DNA from: Octopus vulgaris
Lineage: Eukaryota
Assembly: GCA_951406725.2 (NCBI GenBank)
Contig: OX597815.1
Span: 166,532,001-166,596,000 of the forward strand
Length of the DNA: 64,000 nucleotides
Direction of reading: 5' to 3'
Part shown: positions 50,368 to 64,000 of the stretch, one piece after another
How the letters are laid out: each line of letters starts with the position of its first letter
How positions within the stretch are numbered: position 1 is the stretch's first letter
The notes under the pieces: model-generated
Seen by the model: only the letters and a program-made list of their open reading frames with translations
The model's database searches: none
What the model was told of the DNA's origin: nothing
Position numbers and translations under genes: made by a program

Positions 50368-53300
50368 ATACACATATATAATATGAGAGAGAGAGAGAGA
50401 AAGAGAGAGTTACGGTCTGTGACGGCTGGAAAACGTCTAGATTATATACATAATAATAATGTCCTCAAGGTTAGTACTGTAATCTGTGTACGTTAGCCAT
50501 GTAATGATATATGGCGGCGAGAAGCTGAGTGTGTAACTTTGATTTATAGGAAGACACTAATAAGGGCCTGTAGAAAATCGTGACAATTATAATTTCGTTA
50601 CCTGTTTCAGCCTGCGAGTTGTGGCCATGGTGTGTATATGTTAAAAGACAATTTGAACGACGTATATGTTAAAAGACAATGTAATTGACTTATGTTATGT
50701 AGGGGAGAAATTAAGCGAGGGAGGTGTTGCGATGTGTTGTGAAGAATATTCACCAGGCATACAACAGATTTTTAGGGAAGGGCTGGTTTATAAGCTAAAG
50801 AGCGATGAGGTTAAATCACGAAGTACAGCTTTGAAGAAATTAGTTAAAATTCAATAGTAGGTGCAGAGTTTGTGAATATTTTTCTTTATGGGGTTGTATA
50901 ATAGGACAAAATTTATCATGTTTACTCTCAACCGAAGCAAGGCCCTATAATCTTTAATAATGTACTTCTATATACCCTATATTGCCTAACCTAAAAAGCT
51001 TTCTGATATATTCAATATGTAAACTTCTGTTTTATAATAATAGGCTCATCCACACGATGGGTTTTTTAAAAAATAAATTGCCTTCTCAATCAGTAAATAT
51101 AGGACGTTTTTATACATAGCTTCATGAAGTAAAGATTGACTCCCACCCAACCTTACGAAACGCATGAAGTATTGTCTGTCTTTGCTCTTACATATGAAAT
51201 AGTGTTTGCATAATATAATGTACATATACTTTGTACATAAAATAATACTATTGCTTAAAACCTTCAGGTCATTGGCTATGATTTGCAAAGAGAGAACTTA
51301 TTGAAATAAGACCTGTTTCAGATCGGAAGGGCAGATCAACTCTGACTCGATTAGTTTAGTTTCATCATCATTTCATTCATGTTCATTGTCGAGATATATC
51401 GAAGCTCTAGCACACGCTCATTTACACACTCCTGTAACGGTGTGTGAGGGGGTAAATTGCATATAAGCTCATATGCAGATGTTTGATAGATATATTCTGT
51501 CAGTCAAGCTGACGAATTCGAACCTATGGATAAAACGTTAGGACCTTTTCTAAATGCAGGAGAATCTGAGAACAGCTCAGCTGGTTTCGACTGATTACTG
51601 CTCTCTTATCAAGAGTGTCTACTCAAATTCATCATTTATTGATAGGCTGATATTAATCAATCGAAACTAGTCGAGTTATTCTCGGGTGTAGTCTTGTTGA
51701 GAGTCCTGTAGTTTGACCACAGGCTTCTATTTAGATGGTAAGGCTGAATGTATCCTTATTAAATTTGTACATGCGAACTTGTCAATCAAAAACAAGCACA
51801 CACACACACATGCAATGAAGATGTGACTAATGGCTAGATTTTAACTCGGTATGTAAATATTGTTCATTCGTTTATTATGCATTTCATGTTTTTATGAAAC
51901 ATTCTGAGGCTCTCTACGTTCACCCCCACCACCGACCTGGATTTCTTAATAAAAATGCATTGTTCTTCAGATTTCTTTCCCTACTCAACACTACCAAGTC
52001 CTTCAGCAAGTTTGCACACTGGGGAAAGGGTGGTTGGGTGTGTTTGCGAGAATTTTCGTGGTTCGTAGCCTCTTTCTCTTCTTTCCTTTCAGCACTAGTT
52101 GACCGTTTCCTTTAAACCCTAAAGTCACATGTTAATCTATTGTTTAATTTAGCCACACTTAAACCCCTACCACGAAATATATAATAATGATAAGGAAACC
52201 ATAACAATTGCCAGTGACTTTTTATAATGCATGTCTCATGTTTCTTTCTCAACTATTTTCTTCGTACGATGTTGTATCGTTCTGTTGTGGAGATTTTAAT
52301 TAACACAATGAAAAGATTTTACATCAGAAGAGTAAAGAAAGAAAAAGTAATTCACTGATATAGTAACGGCTAAATTATATTTTCATTTTCGATTGTTTCA
52401 GACAAATACAAGCCCTGGAATTGCCATCACTCGGAAAAACTGGAATGACAGATGTTGTATCGTATCCTTTTAGATCGAAAATAAACCAACGAAATGAGAT
52501 TCCTCTTTTTGTATATTATTACATAATATTGGTTAATTTACTCTGTTTCTCTCTGCGGAACTATTATTGTTTAGTGTAGCATATAAACTAACTAGCTTAC
52601 GGAAAAACTTCCTTTTATATTTATTGTTAACTGTAGGAACGGTAAATCTAGTGCAGAGAGCAGGTAACTGCTTTCCATGCTGCCTCTGTAAAGTGGTGTT
52701 CAGTCGTCCGTTTCTGGATAAATATAAAATATATACTTTCAAAATGAGCTTGCTCCATTCATGTTTTTAAAAGCGCTCTATGATGGGACAGAACCAAGGT
52801 TTTATGCAATAATGTAACCTGGACTATTCCTGTTTGTTGAAATTCCTTTACATGGTTAATCTACTTAACAAAAGTCCTTGATATTGTAACTTCCCACTTA
52901 ATTTTTATCAGCTCTTTACATCCCAGATTCAAATCCTGACTTTCATCCCTCTGGGGTCGATAAAAATCTACCCAGTGAAATACTTGGTCGATTTAGTCGA
53001 GTAACCCCCTCCTCTACAAATTACTGACTTAGTGCTAGCAATTACTTATTGTAGTAAAGTTTTGTTTCAGTAAATAGTTTTGGTTGTTAGATGGGACCGC
53101 TCAATAATGCATAATATGTTTGGGAGAAATCCCATGGGAATTGTAGAAGCCACTGAGTACTAGATGGAATATCTAGCAGTAATATGGACGTACTTTTTCG
53201 TTACAAATCGAATCGACTCCGACTTTGGGGTGCATCCCTTCAATATTAATGAGTTTCAAACTTCTACTGAGATCAATTGTCTTCTACAAGTTTGTGGCCA

Positions 53301-55498
53301 TGTGCTAATCAGAGTAATATGTTTGAAATTACGTTGGAAATCCGGCGCATAGAGCATAATTATATAATATATATTATTTTTTCGATTTTTTTTTTCTTTT
53401 GCTTTTCTTTTCACTTCAGAACCAAATTTGGTAACCAGAACACTAGAGGTTTGCATCGGGGATCAAGAAAGACAAAACTGGTTTTCATAATGATTTTGCA
53501 GAATGTGTCATGTTTCTGAGATCATTGTGAAAACTGGTTTTGTTACGCTCGACAACTTAATGAGATTTAAGAGTTTTCGGAGATGAGATAAAACTCTGTA
53601 TCCTTTTTTGTACGTTGCATTTACCATCGTATTTTATATGAAAATTTTGAATTTAATAAAACAAGTCGTATATTGAATAAATTTGCTCATCCAGAGGAAC
53701 GTGTGTTCCTTTTGTGATTATTTTTTTTCTCCCGAAAAGGGGTCTGAATTTGCGTTTCACCCACAAATTTAATCAAATTCAGGAATTTTATTAATTTTTA
53801 CCGAGGCTGACTGACACTTGTTGCCTTTCACTTCAGTTGTAAAAGACGAAAATCATATGAAATAATTTTTCTTTGTTCTCTGTTTCGTTTCTGATGCCTT
53901 GACAGTATCTTCAACAACTTTTAATGGTTGAAGCAGCATCTCTTACTTGCAATGTTTTCTTAGTAAAACAAATATCATTTCACACATCAAAGCCGCGACT
54001 TGTGTGTTGCAAATCAATCTCTATCTTAGGTCAAATTATGTTAAGCCAATGTTAAGTCAAATGCTTCAGTGACCAATACAGCGTCAACACAATTTAGATA
54101 CCTGATGCATATTTTTCATATCTTGACATAAAACAAAAAAAAAAGTCTTATTGCACATTAAGACTGTTAATTGCAGTTAAAATAAGATTCAAAACGGATT
54201 AAACAAACGTTGTTGTCAATATTATAAGATAAATAAATGCGCCCTTTTAAAGCCTAGCCAGGCTCATGGGACAGGTTCCCGGTTTCTATGGCGTATGTGT
54301 TCCCCAACTGGACGGGACGCCAGTCCATCGCAGCGTTACTCATTTTTGCCAGCTGAGTGAACTGGAGCAACGTGAAATGAAGCGTTTTGCTCAAGAAGAC
54401 AACGCGTTACCCGGTCCAGGAATCGAAACCACAATCTTACGATCATGGTGCTGACACCCTAACCACTAAGCCACGCGCCTCCCACTGTCAGTATTCTGAG
54501 TTCGAATTCCGCCGAGGTCAACTTTACCTTTCAAATTTTTCGAGATCGATAAAATACGTACCAGTTGCGCATTCGGGTCGATGTAATCGACTTCCTCCTT
54601 GTGTCTACAGTAGAAAGGAATATCAATGCAGCATTTTGTTTTAATTAGGTAAAATTCAAAGTATATACAACTACCTTTCCTCTCAAAGCAGAACAATTCT
54701 TGCGGTAGGTTTTGAAAACTCAACCTATAAGCTGATAGCTGAACAATTTAACTACTTGTGCATCTATATGGTTAGAACGGGTACAGAAGTGTTTGAATTG
54801 AATTTGAAACTTGTTCAGGCAAATTGCTTTCAATAATAAACAAACAAATACATGAATGAATAAATAAAACTTCTTTAGTAATTGATAATTCCTGACGGGT
54901 GGTCGTAATTAAAACGTATATAACGCTTGGAATGTGACATAAACAAACAGGTGTGAATTCGTTTTTTTCCCAGTGACTTATCGTCTCTGGCACACACACA
55001 AAAAAAAAAAGATCGACACTTTTTTTTATTCTTCTCATTTCTGTTTCTCGTCATCGACATTCGCTAATGTATTTGAGAAAGGCATGGGTGTCATACAGTT
55101 TTATTTTCAGTACTACATGAATCTGTTATTTAATGACAGCGTAAGTAATCAATATTTCACGATGTCTCATTTCTGTTGGGAGTTATTAGTGCAGCGGAAT
55201 CTTTGTAAACCGTTTCTACTAAAAGAAACATTAATTCCAAATTGAGAACGTTTGGTGTTGTTATTAAACTCAGATTAAACTCGCTTTATCGTACCATAAA
55301 AAATATGAAGCAAGCTTGCAAAAATCCAAATTCTCTGAATTTAGAATCCGGTTATAACCGATTTTATATTACGCCATGTGTGTGTGAGAGAGAGAGAGAG
55401 AGAGAAAGAGGGGGGAGACAGTGCCAGTGAGTGCATTATATATATATTATGTATTTATTATATATATTATGTATATATTATGCTAGTGACCTAGCATG

Positions 55499-55919
55499 TA
55501 TAAATAGTTAATAGACAACATATTCATATTTTAAAATAGTGTACATTTAAACATAAAAGAAAACTACCCTTTAACAGGTAATTTTTATATGCTAGAAATA
55601 GCAGCTAACACGGCCAAAACCACGATTTAATAGCAATTTCTTGGTGGATAATATTGTTTTGCTAAATTACCTATTAAAGGATGGCAAATAATCTTATTTG
55701 ATAAAGAAATTCGAAACCATGGTATAACCGCTAATAAAAATAACAAGGTAAAAGTTTTTGTTTTTCATTTACTTCGAAAATTGCTACTTAATCGTGGTTT
55801 TGGCCGTGTTGGCTGCTATTTCTGGCATGTAAAAATTACCTGTTAAAGGGTAGTCTTCTTTTGTGTGTTCAATGTACACTATTTTAAAATATGAATATGT
55901 TGTCTATTGACTATTTATA
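55499..55919. repeat. Long fold-back inverted repeat (~140-bp arms) in TA-rich flanks
   Basis: 55499-55639 versus 55778-55919 is about 90% identical by eye. The loop contains TTGATAA-agaaattc-GAAAC-catg-GTA (55698-55724). Confidence 0.92.
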
Positions 55920-58619
55920 TAGGCTACGCCACTGGTGGTGATATTTATAACGAATATTCGCTACCCTATATATGTATCTTGTGTATATATATATTATGTA
56001 TATGTTTTATGTATAAATATAGAGAAATATTTTATGTACGTGAATGTTTGTAATCATGTATATTATATAGACTACATACTCAAAAAATGTTGATCTTCTT
56101 CAAAAACCAACGTCTTTTTGGATCTGAATATCTGGGAATTTTTATTGAGTCTTGCGTAAAAGTCGACCAAAGGTTCTTACAAATAACAAATGAACATTTT
56201 GCAGATTGCAGGGTAAACCTGTTCTTAACTGACGCTAAAGAAATGAATTTCTCATCGGTTACTGAGTTATGTACAGTTACAGTTAATAACCATTAGGTTA
56301 CGATTAAAAGTGCGTTTAGAAAAATGGATGAAGCTTCAAACATATGACCTGATGGATGAAAGATGTAAGTGTTTGCTCATTGGAAACCAGTTCAGATTAC
56401 CTCTGAAAAGTAAATAAATACACAAAGCACTGGTATCCTGATAATAAACAATTAGATGCTGGTGTCTATGAGTCATTTGAGGAGGAGATGAGGATGAAAT
56501 GAAGTAAGTGGATGTATGATCGGCAAGCATCATACACGAAAGGAGGCAATATGTGCACCTCCCACTAACTGCTTCTGAGCTGTAGATGAATTGTTAATTC
56601 ATGAAAGAAAAAGAAATTAAGCATTAAGCATTATCACATTCAAGAAATGTGATATTTCGAATACAATGGACGGAACAGAAGAAGACGGATATTTGTTGGA
56701 TGATGATGACGACGATGAAAATACAAAAGCAGTAGTTTACGGGCAGACGATAAATATGGACAACGATCCGTGCAAATACATCATTTAGCTTGGTTTATTC
56801 AGGATTGAAGATGATAAACACGATTTTTGAAGGATTTTAAATCTCGTTTGTATTCGAAAGGTATTAAGATTTACCATGTAATTGGAAATAAAGACCATTT
56901 TAAATTTCTATTCTGCTTTGTATACATAAAGTTTACGACTCCATCTTCTTTTATCGTTTTAATCACTTTTGTTTCAGTATTCTTAACCTCAGCCCTTTTT
57001 TTACTGTGTAATTAAATTTTACAGTCATTCCCGTAATGATATTAATATCCACTAAAAACTGAATTGTTATTTTCTGCTTTTGCAATACTTTGCCAGTACC
57101 TCCAGTACGTACGATTTTCATATCGACCACTAAAAGTATCTGATTCTTGTTCTATAAAGAAATATGATGATGATGATGATGTGTGGTGGGGGAAAATCGG
57201 AACAATTGTGTTTTGTAAAAGTGTCACTAGGGTGTTGTCACTTCTCGTACCATAAGAAGTTATTTTTCAAAGCAGTAATGTAAAATCGCTTTCTGCAGTT
57301 AATGAAGATAAAATTTTTAGTGGGGGTACATCCGCTTACCGCGATTAAAAGCTTAAACTGCACGGAATAACCTAACTAGAATTTAAGCCAGTTTTATAAC
57401 TGATATACCTACTGTGATGAATATGACTTTAACAAAAGTAGCCAGTCAAATATAATGGATATTAATAAAAGAGCAAGTGTAATGTAACTATACATTATTG
57501 CTACAGAGTCATATATACTAAGTTGGACATGCTTTTTGATGCATATTCTAAATAATAATTGATGTTATTACTGAAATCCTTGTAATAACACCTGAATCGT
57601 TAGAGTGTTGAAAAAACAGCTTGTGGTATTTATACCAGCCCATTACGTTCTGACATGGAAAATTTTGTCTTACGTTTTTCTCGATTTAATGAGGTGCCAG
57701 TCAGGTACTAGGGTCGATGGTATCGACTAACAACCTTCCTTCAAAATTGCTAATCTCGTGCCTAAATCAGAAACTATTATTGCTGAAATTTATTAGGCGG
57801 CAAGTTGGTTGAATTTTTCGAGCGTTGGAAGAAAGTGCATTGCATATGAGCAATATCTACGTCTTCTATGCACCGAAATCGTAATGATTCTGGCTAGAAA
57901 TCGGCTGATGAAGTTAATTAATCCATGTTTGTTTTTTCTATTATAGTTCGCGTTCATCATTATCATACACAGACACACATATATATAATATTTAAAGACA
58001 AAGCCGTGCATGAAATTACAATGTAAAAATTTCTTCAATGTATCTGCTGTGTAAAGAAAGATGACAGCGTACCTTGACGAACCGTTTCATGGTTTGTCGA
58101 TCACATCTTAGAAAAGACGTATTCATCTTCCTCCTCCTATCATGAATATGAAATATCAGAATTTTAAAACTAACGAATTACGCTAGCACCATAGGGGTTG
58201 GCTAATTTGCGTATTTGTGTTTTGACTTGTCATCATTAATTAAGCAATATACATATGGACAATAGGGCGTGCATAAAATGAACTGAAATAGTTTAAATAT
58301 AACGCTTAAATGTGGGCGAACAAGAATGAAAAAATAAACAAAAGCATTCCTATGTTTTTAATGAGTGGAAAATAAAGTGGGTCCCTTGATAGACCGCTTA
58401 TAGTTTGGTGACTGATTCACTAGAAAGCCCTACTTGGATTCTGACCCTAATCAATAACATAAGAGAATTCAGTTGAGATGCAAAATAATCATAAATTAAG
58501 CTAGTACCGTAGTAGATAGCTTGATTTACATATTTTTGCTTTTTCGGCGCATCATTTATTAAAGTATATGTAGAAATCATATACATGTGTATGTATGTGT
58601 GTGTGTGTGTGTGTAAATA

Positions 58620-59440
58620 AGAATAAGCGACAATAAAAAGTATAGTGAAATGGCCGAGACGAGTTGAGTGTCCGACGTTTTCAGTGGAGTCATACAGGAT
58701 AAAAACAGTAGGGACAATAAGAGAAAAAAAGAATAATAACTAACACAGTTTTACATCTTCTGTGTTTGAACGATTGGCTGCGAATGAGGGAAAGGCAACT
58801 TGTACGTAAGTTTGCATATGTAGACAGGAAATAGGAGAAAAGAGAAACGGGATATGAGGGAGGGAAAAGGAAAGAGGAAGAAAAGTGGTCTAAGGTGAGG
58901 GAAGATAAAATTGGGATTACTGAACTAAAAGGGTATGGAGGTGTGAAGGATTAGAAGTTAAAACGTTCACTTAAATCCGACTCTGAATATGAGAGACGTT
59001 TTCTTCCGTTTCCTTGAGTGAACGGTTCCATGATATGCAGAAGTGCTGCACATTGATAAATGGATAATGGAACTGCTCATGTTGAAGTGGGTGGCGATGG
59101 GTTTACCAGGAATACATAGAATGTGTTCACAAAGTGATCAAAATGGTGATGACCTATTTCTCAGTGTAAAGAGCTCCGCGCAGTTTATATATGATGCACT
59201 ATATGAGATTAGATGTGTAGCTGAGGTTTAGGACAATATGGAACCGTGGCTTAGGTCCAGTGATGGACCTGATATAGGAATAGATGTTGCACCGTTGGTG
59301 AACATTTGAATATAACAGGTTGTATATGGCTGGCGCTATGGCGCTTGGAGGTTGTCGAGTTCTTACCATCCGTGAAAGCGAAGAGTGGTGGTGCAGTAAA
59401 GATCGGAGCAGTTGCAGGGTCAATTAGTTGTCTGATCCTC
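58620..59440 (-). mobile_element. Decayed Penelope-like element (GIY-YIG endonuclease end + 3' terminal region)
   Basis: Minus strand: RCNIYSYIRSITGPKPRFHI..TSNLI*CIIYKLRGALYTEEIG (a degenerate NLIYCI.C..C..LYIGETG), then after a frameshift GKPIATHFN..LIFRVG. A pyrimidine-rich tail and a hammerhead-like remnant follow at about 58670-58700. Confidence 0.75.
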
Positions 59441-62400
59441 CAAAGGCCGTGAAACTTACATCGACAGCACGATATGTATTTGCATATTCAAATCAAAATC
59501 ACCTACATTTATGGGCCCCATCTGCCAAAAATCGCCTGGACAAATGCTGGTATCAGATCATCACAGTTACCAACAAAACCGCAGATTGAAATATCAGAAA
59601 TTTGCTGCTCAAAGAATCCATTCTTAATAAGTTAACACATGCCATCCTTTAACAACCGTAAGGAATAAAACAAGAGTCCACTTTCTAATCTAGCGTCTCC
59701 TTTCGGCTACCGTGTAACACAGTTCTTACTTCCACAATTTCTTCACACAGACATAGCATCAAATTCTTGACAAGCAATATCAAATGAAACCATTTTCAGT
59801 CCTAATTTCCACACTTCGATAAAACATGGTCTTTGTATGTGGTAAAGGCGTGAAGCAGCAACGAAGGCAGGCTTCAGTTTGTCTTCACACTTTGATAAGT
59901 GGTATATTTACCCGAAATATTTTACAATTATTAAATGTTTTTAAGGTAAAAGTTCAATCGTGTTCTGCTTATTTTATCCTCTCACAGATGAATGCCAAGG
60001 TTTCTCATGCAATGTTAAATATAGCTTTACAGAAATCGTATTAAACGTCAACGTTGATGATCACTAGCAGTTTATTTGCGTAGAAAGTCATGCAGTTCTA
60101 CAGAATGCCAAGGACAAACTCAAAATGAAAAGAAATGGTTTTGATTTGGCATTGTCGCAAACTCAGCACTTTAAAATGAGAACTTTCTCTACTGAAGACA
60201 AGGGGAACTACTCTAAAGAGATCAAAGGGAAGTAATCTCATGTGAAATAATGGGTATACGTAGAATTTGACAGTTTGGATCGAAAATTTTATAAACTGAA
60301 TGATGAGGTGATATCTTCAAAGAATAGAAACAGAGTGATGACAAGCACATGTTCTGTGACAAAGTTTGTAGATTTATTTACAGGTCATAATTTGGAGTCG
60401 AAATTATCTAGAGAATGCAGAATCAACGCAAGTACTTTCATGAGCGAGAGAAAGCCGTTTGACACAACAATATTGTTACCCGTTTTTCTCCTTTGCACAA
60501 AGGTTGTTCATATCTTACTATGTACTTATATTACCCAAAGCATAGGATATAGCATCAAACATATAGCCAGACAGAAGTGCAACATATAAGTAGAGTTGAA
60601 AAAAACCGCATGACACAAAAACAAAAGCAAAGTAAAAGTACGTAACAAAATTCCTTACAGGAGCTATATATAACAAAAATTCTAAGAATTGACTAGGCCT
60701 CCTTTACAAACCGGATCTAAAGTTCTGAATGGCAAAGTTTCATAATCAATAGGGTGCGGTAATTCGATTGGCGATTGTAGCCATGTGTGTAATTACAAGG
60801 CAAAGAGCTAAAATAAATAGGTTCGCCCACTGTTAAAATCAAATACATATCTAGCATGATGGTTTTCATATTGAGTCAGGCCAACAAACAGTTAAGATGA
60901 AAGTTCCACAAGCAAAACATATAGAACAGTTAAATTGCAATGGGATGAAATAAGGACATATGTTTTTAACCCCTTGAGAAAAAAATAACATAAGGTTTAT
61001 TTCAGATCTTGAATGCACATCTATCAGCTTTTTATGACACTTTACAGAAGCTACTATACATACCAGGAAGTCACTACACAGCTGGGGCCTTTCGTACACA
61101 ATTCGTGCAGCCTTTGCGCAATCCATGAAACTCTTCATTGGAAATTAAAATTTGAAGGTTTCGATCAGGGTTGTTATAGAGGAGAAAAACATTAAAGGAA
61201 GAAAACAAAGGGAAATTGAGAAGTGTTGGGTTGAGATGGAAAGAATCATAAGACAGTATGGAAAGAAGCGAGAATGTTCTGTGCCTGCTCGGTTATAACG
61301 AAGCATTTTTATCTAGAATCATAAATGCTTTTCCAGGGGTGATAGAGGCGGTCTTTTCCATGCAGAACAGCAGGAGGAATGCGCTTAAAAACTCGAAATT
61401 TGAATTTTTTAGTGCATATAGAGAAAGATATTGTCTCTCTCTTCTATTTAGAATATTCTAAACTTTTCAGTGATGTACAAGTTACATTTACAATCGTACC
61501 AAATGTATTTACAAGCTTTTCTATGAAAATCTTAACGAAGATACACCTGTCGTAACACAGCCAATTTTCAACTCAATAAGTGCCTCGAAATGAAGCTGGA
61601 AGTGGATTGGAAGGTCTTTAATTCATCGATCTATCAGCTGCGTGATATATTTTGAAAATGAGCTTGGATTTCGCTTATCAATGTGTCTGTGTCTAAAGTG
61701 AAAGACAGGTGTAAGTTCGTACTGTGCTATTAATGTCTGAAGCACATCTACGCAATACAGCTACTCCATTTCAAAACACTGTTAAGGGGACAATAATCTG
61801 TGTTCCTTCAGTTGCACTTCTACTTGCTCTTAGATTCAAGGTTATATCAACAAGACAATTTATTATTTTCAACTTCGTACTCATAATTTTATGGGTGAAC
61901 TGTATAATTATACTATTGAACTTTTAAGCTTATTCATATTATGCCTGTACTATGTAGTACAGAGAATCTATCATCCCTGTACAATATAATGTTAGCTTCC
62001 CTTACTATATACTTCTGTATATTTAAGATGAAAAGACTATAATGGTTTCAAATTTTGGCACAAGGCAAGGTTTGTGAAGAGGGGCTAAGTCGATTACATT
62101 GGCCCCAGTGCTCAACTAATGCTTATTTTATTGACCCCAAAAAGATGAAAGGCAAAGTCGACCCCGGTGGCATGTGAATTCCGAACATAAAGACAAACGA
62201 AATGCAGTTAAGCATTTTGACCAGCGCGCTAACGATTCTGCCAGCTCCTCACCGCTTTAACAGTTTCTTTGTGGTGCTTCTACACGGAATATCAGTGTAG
62301 AAGTATCATATTAATTGTTTACCCTAAGTCAATTCTGATAGAGAAGAACTACAATGAAAGCGAATCTAGCCGTGACTGTTTCGTCTTATTGCTATGTAAA

Positions 62401-62717
62401 GCGAGTCTAAGACCAAATTTAACTCTTTAATAATATTGGTTTAAAACGTTGGCACAAGGCCAGCAGTTTTGGTGGAGAAGCAGTCGATTACATCGACCCG
62501 CATGGCCCAACTGGTAATTATTTTATAAACCTTGAAAGGATGAAAGACACAGTCGACTCCGGCAGTATTTGAACTCAGAACGTGAAGTCGGAAGAAATGC
62601 TGTTAAGCACTTTATCCGGCAAGGTGATGATTCTACCAGCTCAATTTTATCTAGCACAGTGGTTCATAACCTGGGGTCCGCAAAGATTGTACTAGGGGTC
62701 CATGAACTAAATTTAAA

Positions 62718-63887
<1,170 letters not shown>

Positions 63888-64000
63888 AAAAGGCTAAGTA
63901 TATTAAAGGGGGTCTGTGGGAAAACTCATTTCAATAAAAGGGTTGGGAGCCACTGTTGAGAACCATCGTGAAAAGGCCGGGAACCACTGATCTAGCTCTT

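Noticed and set aside
50666-50857. ORF with LCYVGEKLSEGG resembling RTE FRYLGDQVSSGGG
   Set aside because: There is only one short similar motif. It is probably a very old LINE scrap, not a gene.
59560-59665. RNLLLKESILNK..PSFNN, resembling a GIY-YIG C-terminus on the + strand
   Set aside because: It is too short and frameshifted to call without a search.

Overview
AT-rich, microsatellite-rich eukaryotic DNA. The SINE and LINE families resemble those of octopus (coleoid cephalopod); this is recognised by eye, not by a search. I cannot support any host protein-coding gene. Most of the window is repeat-laden intronic or intergenic sequence. It contains: one young, 5'-truncated RTE-clade LINE (APE endonuclease + RT, one nonsense codon, and a PHD-type C4HC3 finger inside the RT); about a dozen shorter RTE 3'-end copies; three tRNA-headed SINE families; an L1/Tx1 3' fragment; a DD37D (maT) Tc1/mariner relic; piggyBac-type and hAT-type MITEs; and decayed Penelope-like (GIY-YIG) fragments. 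The most interesting signal is a recurring module of long fold-back inverted repeats next to (TA)n tracts. Several carry minimal type I hammerhead-ribozyme motifs (CUGAUGA..GAAAC-palindrome-GUH), the best preserved at about 27985-28030 on the minus strand, and matching decayed motifs lie downstream of the Penelope fragments. A CpG-depleted domain (about 1-25.6 kb) holds nearly all the RTE copies and a few candidate short + strand exons. Nearly all short ORFs in the track are microsatellite or SINE artefacts. Counts and alignments were done by eye.
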